Below, piece by piece: positions 59,135 to 64,000 of a stretch of DNA of 64,000 bases. Origin of the DNA: Neophaeotheca triangularis (Eukaryota); the NCBI GenBank assembly GCA_054600435.1, contig BAAIJX010000008.1, forward strand, positions 434,001 through 498,000, in the 5' to 3' direction. The notes beneath the pieces were generated by a model that worked only from the letters and a program-made list of their open reading frames with translations, made no database searches and was not told where the DNA came from. The number at the start of each line of letters is the position of its first letter. The stretch's first letter is position 1. The translations under genes were made by a program, and so were the position numbers.

Positions 59135-62100
59135 TGTTATAGCTAAGCTAAGTAGAACTAGAATCCCTAGTCTAAGCTAGGGTCTAACCCTAAAGCTTAC
59201 TAGACACATGATCTTAGAACTAGCTAAGATGTTCGCTTAGACTTTAACTAAGCATGCTCGCTTAGACTTAGACTAAGTCTAAGCTAGGATACTTAGGATT
59301 AGTCTAATCCTAAGCACGATAGATTAGTTAAGGACTAATCTAACATGAATCTCCTATATATATAGCTAGCGATATTTCCTAGGTAGAGATGTGTGTTTAA
59401 CTTATGTTATAATCTTACTAAAAGGTCTATAGCGATACTTCACATATCTTTGAAATCCTTATGACAAAGGAAATACCCTTACTAGCCTTCTTCGATATCT
59501 CTCCTCTTCTACTACGAGCTCTACCCATAAGACTACCTTATAGGATCATAACACTTTAAACACCCTCTAGGAAAGAGAGATTAATAGGCAAGTATATCCC
59601 TATCTGATAACCGAGACATAAGCGTCGCTAGCACTTAATGAGGAGTATTAACTATAACAACTAATAAGGTTACTAAACCAGACTACTTCTATAGCGAATG
59701 TAATAAGCTAGATAACTAGGTCAACTAGATAATGATGTTCTTTCTCATAGAAAGCATTAGTAAGTAGAAGTAACCTCTTACTACTACTTCTTTCCTTCGA
59801 GGAGAAGCTCAACACTAGATCCGCCCTAAGCTTATAGATTTCCTTATAGAACAAATCGACCCTAAAGGACTGTTCTCGAACTAGAAGTCTTTTGTTAAGG
59901 TTATCTATAACGTCTATAGATTGAGTAACGATCGACAAGTTGCTATCTGAATAATTTAGTACCTCATGTAGAAAATATCTACCTCTTAGTATACTACTAA
60001 GTTTTAGGAGTACTTAGCTAAGACTAATTAGGATAATAATGCCCTCATGACTATATACTACTAAGGACTTAAGGATAACATGAAGGACGAACTCATACGC
60101 TATAGAGACGATTAGTTAACTCTCCTAGGAATGATCAAATCAGCGATCGAAGTTAACGACGCGCTCTATGAACGGTTTATGGAAAAACGCTACACTAGAC
60201 AATTTCGTAGACGAACTAGCTATACTACTAGTAGCTAGCCTATTAGTTAGTAATGTCGCGATCCTAATACAATAGAACTCGACTCTACATAATAGTATCC
60301 TAGGAAGGGTAGGGATAGAGGATAGGGTAAACAGAATGCCCTAGGTAAGAAATAGAATGGACTAGAATACTATAACTACTATAAGATAGGGCACTATACA
60401 TAAGACTACTATGGGAAACAGATATGCCTACGATAGGAGGTTAATGCGATTTTGACCTAATAGGATAACGACTCTCCTACTAATAAGAGCCATAGAGCTT
60501 ATGACATCACTAGAACCTATAAAGAACTAGACTACGACGAACTTCACTAGAGGTTTTGTAAGAGGGATTACTATTTAGTATATAAAAGTCAGGGACTAGT
60601 GACTAACAGAATACCTATTAGACCTTAGAAGGAAGTGAATGTCATTAAACGAGTTACCCTAAAGTCCGGAATGGATACGCTAATCGAGTAATACTAGAAG
60701 CTTAGGGAGTTTCACGATAACTTAGTTAGTTATAAGGAGTAGACTAAAGAACACTTTAACCTCATGATCTAAGTAGCTAATCAGATAGTAGATCTTAATA
60801 ATAGGATCAAGGCTATAATAGATAAAGAATCTAAGTAACTACATAAGCCTTAGAAGGAACTCAATATAATGTTAAGACGCTAACCACTATAGTAGTTAAG
60901 GGACGATAGTAATATAGCCTAAGGAAGGTCCCTACCTCTATTTATATAGGAGGACAACAAACTATAAGAAAACCAAGCACTATTACCGATAACGGTACCA
61001 CTAACACCTAACTTAGACAACGAAGAAATATCTTAAACACTAGAACTTACTACGATCGTACTAACACTAGAGGTTAGCCCCTTAAGACTATCGATACCTC
61101 TAGAGATTCTAGAATTATAAGAAGATATGACAGTGATAGATTCCGAAGACGACTCTAAATACGACTATACTGATGATGACGAACTAGATGACAACGATGT
61201 AGTAGAGTTCATTATGTATAGACTAGGACTAATCAAGAAAATGGTCATTTACATTATATAGTTATATGAAGAAGTGTTCCTAGTAATCTAAGGTAAACGA
61301 CGCTTAGAACCTAATCAATTCGAAGCTATACTTACATGACTATGAGTAATGTTCTAGGACTACTAAAAGGTCGCTGTCGAGTATAATGCTACTACCTTTA
61401 TCTAGGATAGGCTACTAATAGGAAGTACTTTCTATAGAGAAAACGGCTACATTACACTAGATAGGATATAGATCCTATACATAATAAGATAATGAGTTAA
61501 GATAGTTAAGAATCGTTATAGAGAATTCTAGCTCATCTAGGAGTAGTAGAGAGAAGAAGAAATCATGCTATAAGAAATGAAGAAACAAGTATAGGATTCC
61601 TTAGACTAATAGACAATAGTACTACATGAAAAATTTCTACTACTAGTCAACCGAAAGATAATTCTTAGATATGTTAAAGTAACTACACGAGGATCTATCA
61701 CTATATACATAATTTAAGGAAAAGTTATAATTAGACCTTAGGACGGACCCCTTTACTAGGAAGTCTCTCTCGAGATAGCGGATTTATCTACCTACTTCTC
61801 AAAAAACGAATAAGACCTATTACTAAGAGCGAGCGTTAGGAACTAAACAACACAAATGCTTAACATGAAATAGTATTAGGAACGGTCTTCCGAACAACAT
61901 GTACTGTTAATAGATATGAAACCCTCGCTATAATAGATTCTAGAGCTAGTAGAAACTTTATCTCGGAAACGTTCGTATATTAGTATAGGCTAGCTACCTA
62001 GAAGAAAACAGATAGTAGGTATGAACTAATAGCTATAGACAGCTCATTACTACCTAACATAGATAGCGAAATAGTACCGCTACTACTTGTCTTCTAGAAG

Positions 62101-64000
62101 TACTACAAGTATGTTATCTTAGATGTCGTGCCTATAGCTAGACATGACATCGTTCTAGGTATACCTTAGCTAGAGCGACATAATCCTATAGTAGATTAGA
62201 GAAAACGAGTACTTATATTCGATAGGTATAGTTATATCACTACAACCTACCCTATATGCTAGTAGCGATCGACGGTAGATAAGAGAAGGTAGATTAACGA
62301 AACATATCGTTAATCGACTATAATACTAATACGAATTAGATCAGACTCTATAGGTACCGAACTAGCCTAAATAGACTAATAAGTAAGAGTTGAGGAAGGA
62401 AGTCATATACCTTTAGATATCCTTAGAGAATTTAGAAAATAGAAGCATCTTTTCTAGGAAGAGGAAGGAGTAGCTACTCTACCTAGACATTAACTATAGG
62501 ACTACTGAATCAACATTTAGCCTAGTGCGAAAATACTATAGGGGCCACTTTACGCGCTATCTGAAAAAGAGCTCGAAGAGTAATGACGATAGCTAGATGA
62601 AAAAATGAAGAAAGGATAGATTCGACTCTCCACTTTATTAGCTACTTCACTACTGTTTTTCGTTCTAAAGAAAGGAGGAAAATTATGAATAGTCATTGAT
62701 TTCAGATGACTTAATGCGATTACTACAAAAAACCGTTATCTACTACCTAACATCGACGAGATAAGAGATCAACTCACCAGTTCACACTAGTTTATTAAAA
62801 TTGATCTCCAAGATGCATTCTATTTAGTTAGAATAGTAAGGGGGGAAGAGTGGGAAACAGCTTTTCGAATGCGCTATAGACTTTATGAATTCTAGGTCAT
62901 GTCTATAGAACTTATGAACGCCCTAGTAACCTATTAGTAACTTATTAACGACATCCTACGAGACCTACTCGATATTACTATTATCGCTTACATCGATAAC
63001 ATATTAGTCTTCATAAAAGGATCACGAGAACAACATACTAAGGACATACATGTAGTATTCGAACGACTCGATAAGGTAGACTTTAGAATAGTACTAGAGA
63101 AATACGAGTTCTATAAGAAGGAAGTCGACTTTCTAGACTTTATGATTAGTACTACTAGGATCTGAATAGACCTGAAGAAAACTCAATCGATTAAGGAATA
63201 GTCGACACCTAAGTTAGTTAAGGACATTTAAGCATTCCTTAGATTAGCTAACTATAATCGGAAATTCATGTAGGACTATTCAAGGCTCGCTATACCTCTA
63301 ACTAATCTCACGAAGAAGGACACACTATTTATATAGGGAAAGATTTAATAACAATCCTTTAATAAGCTTAAGGAGTTATATATAACTATCCCTATACTTA
63401 GGATGTTTAACCTTAAGAGACCTATCTAAATCGAAACTAATATATCTAATAGAGTAATAGGAGCTTACCTTATATAGGAAGTTGAAAGCAAATGACACCT
63501 TATCGCTTACTTCTTAAGGAAGATGTTACTAGCGGAATAGAACTACGAGATCTATGACAAAGAACTACTCGCAATTATTATAGTATTACGATACTAGAGA
63601 GTGTACTGTAAAGGAGTAACTAGACTAACTATTTACTCGGATCATAAGAACCTACAATATTTCATAACTACTAAGGAACTATTATGCTAACAATGTAGAT
63701 AGTTAGAGCTACTCGGACAATATAAGTTCGATATAGTCTACACTCCTAGAAAGGATAATAGGCACGCTAATATGCTAAGTAGAAGAAGCGACTACATAGA
63801 AGGACACCTTCTATAGTAACACTATATACTAAAAGTTAATAAGGATAGAAGCCTAAGCGCTAACCCTTAGGAATTTAACTTAGTACTACGAGTACTACGG
63901 GATAATACTAAAGAATTCCCTATCGAGTATAGGAAGTTTAGGGTTCTAAACGAAAGGGAACACTAGTGTATCTAGGACTACTATAATAGACCTACTAACA
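59135..64000 (+). mobile_element. Element C: second, more heavily RIP-mutated member of the B family (runs off the window)
   Basis: LTR 59135-59553 (TGTTAT...ATAACA). Internal sequence is colinear with B from 52058 on: gag, AAAAAAC site at ~61801, PR, RT, RH and start of IN. Confidence 0.95.

Larger units (their letters stand above)
42500..64000. mobile_element. AT-rich RIP-mutated transposon island
   Basis: Abrupt loss of ORFs, excess TpA (TAG/TAA/CTA) and depleted CpA/TpG. Recognisable retroelement motifs have Trp/Gln codons turned into stops. Confidence 0.95.

Noticed and set aside
52099..64000. In-frame TAG codons as A-to-I editing or readthrough sites
   Set aside because: They are pervasive, accompanied by TAA stops and differ between copies B and C; RIP explains them fully.

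Overview
Eukaryotic, fungal DNA from a filamentous ascomycete: short GT-AG introns with CTRAC/CTAAC branch points and a RIP-mutated repeat island. A Dothideomycete origin is an inference only. Bases 1-42.4 kb are gene-dense: the 3' part of a giant coiled-coil gene; a compact block of six apparently intronless genes with lipid-related predictions (haloalkane-dehalogenase-like hydrolase, sterol/fatty-acid hydroxylase, small CxxC protein, CDP-alcohol phosphotransferase, atypical P450, TLC protein); S10 carboxypeptidase, VMS1, a ZIP transporter, TAH18, a two-RRM/RGG protein, a degenerate ~190-bp non-coding array and ETF-beta; four divergent tandem RING-finger paralogues sharing an unrecognised Cys-rich domain; and OMA1. 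From ~42.5 kb to the end is an AT-rich, RIP-destroyed nest of Ty3/Gypsy chromoviruses. A host element A carries a complete element B (443-bp LTRs, GTCGA TSD, self-priming fold, -1 frameshift, antisense Zn2Cys6 accessory ORF) and a related element C with a different U3. The best candidates for undescribed biology are the putative lipid-modifying gene cluster, the RING/Cys-domain paralogue array and the antisense Zn2Cys6 ORF in the retrotransposon. All calls were made by eye; no database searches were run.
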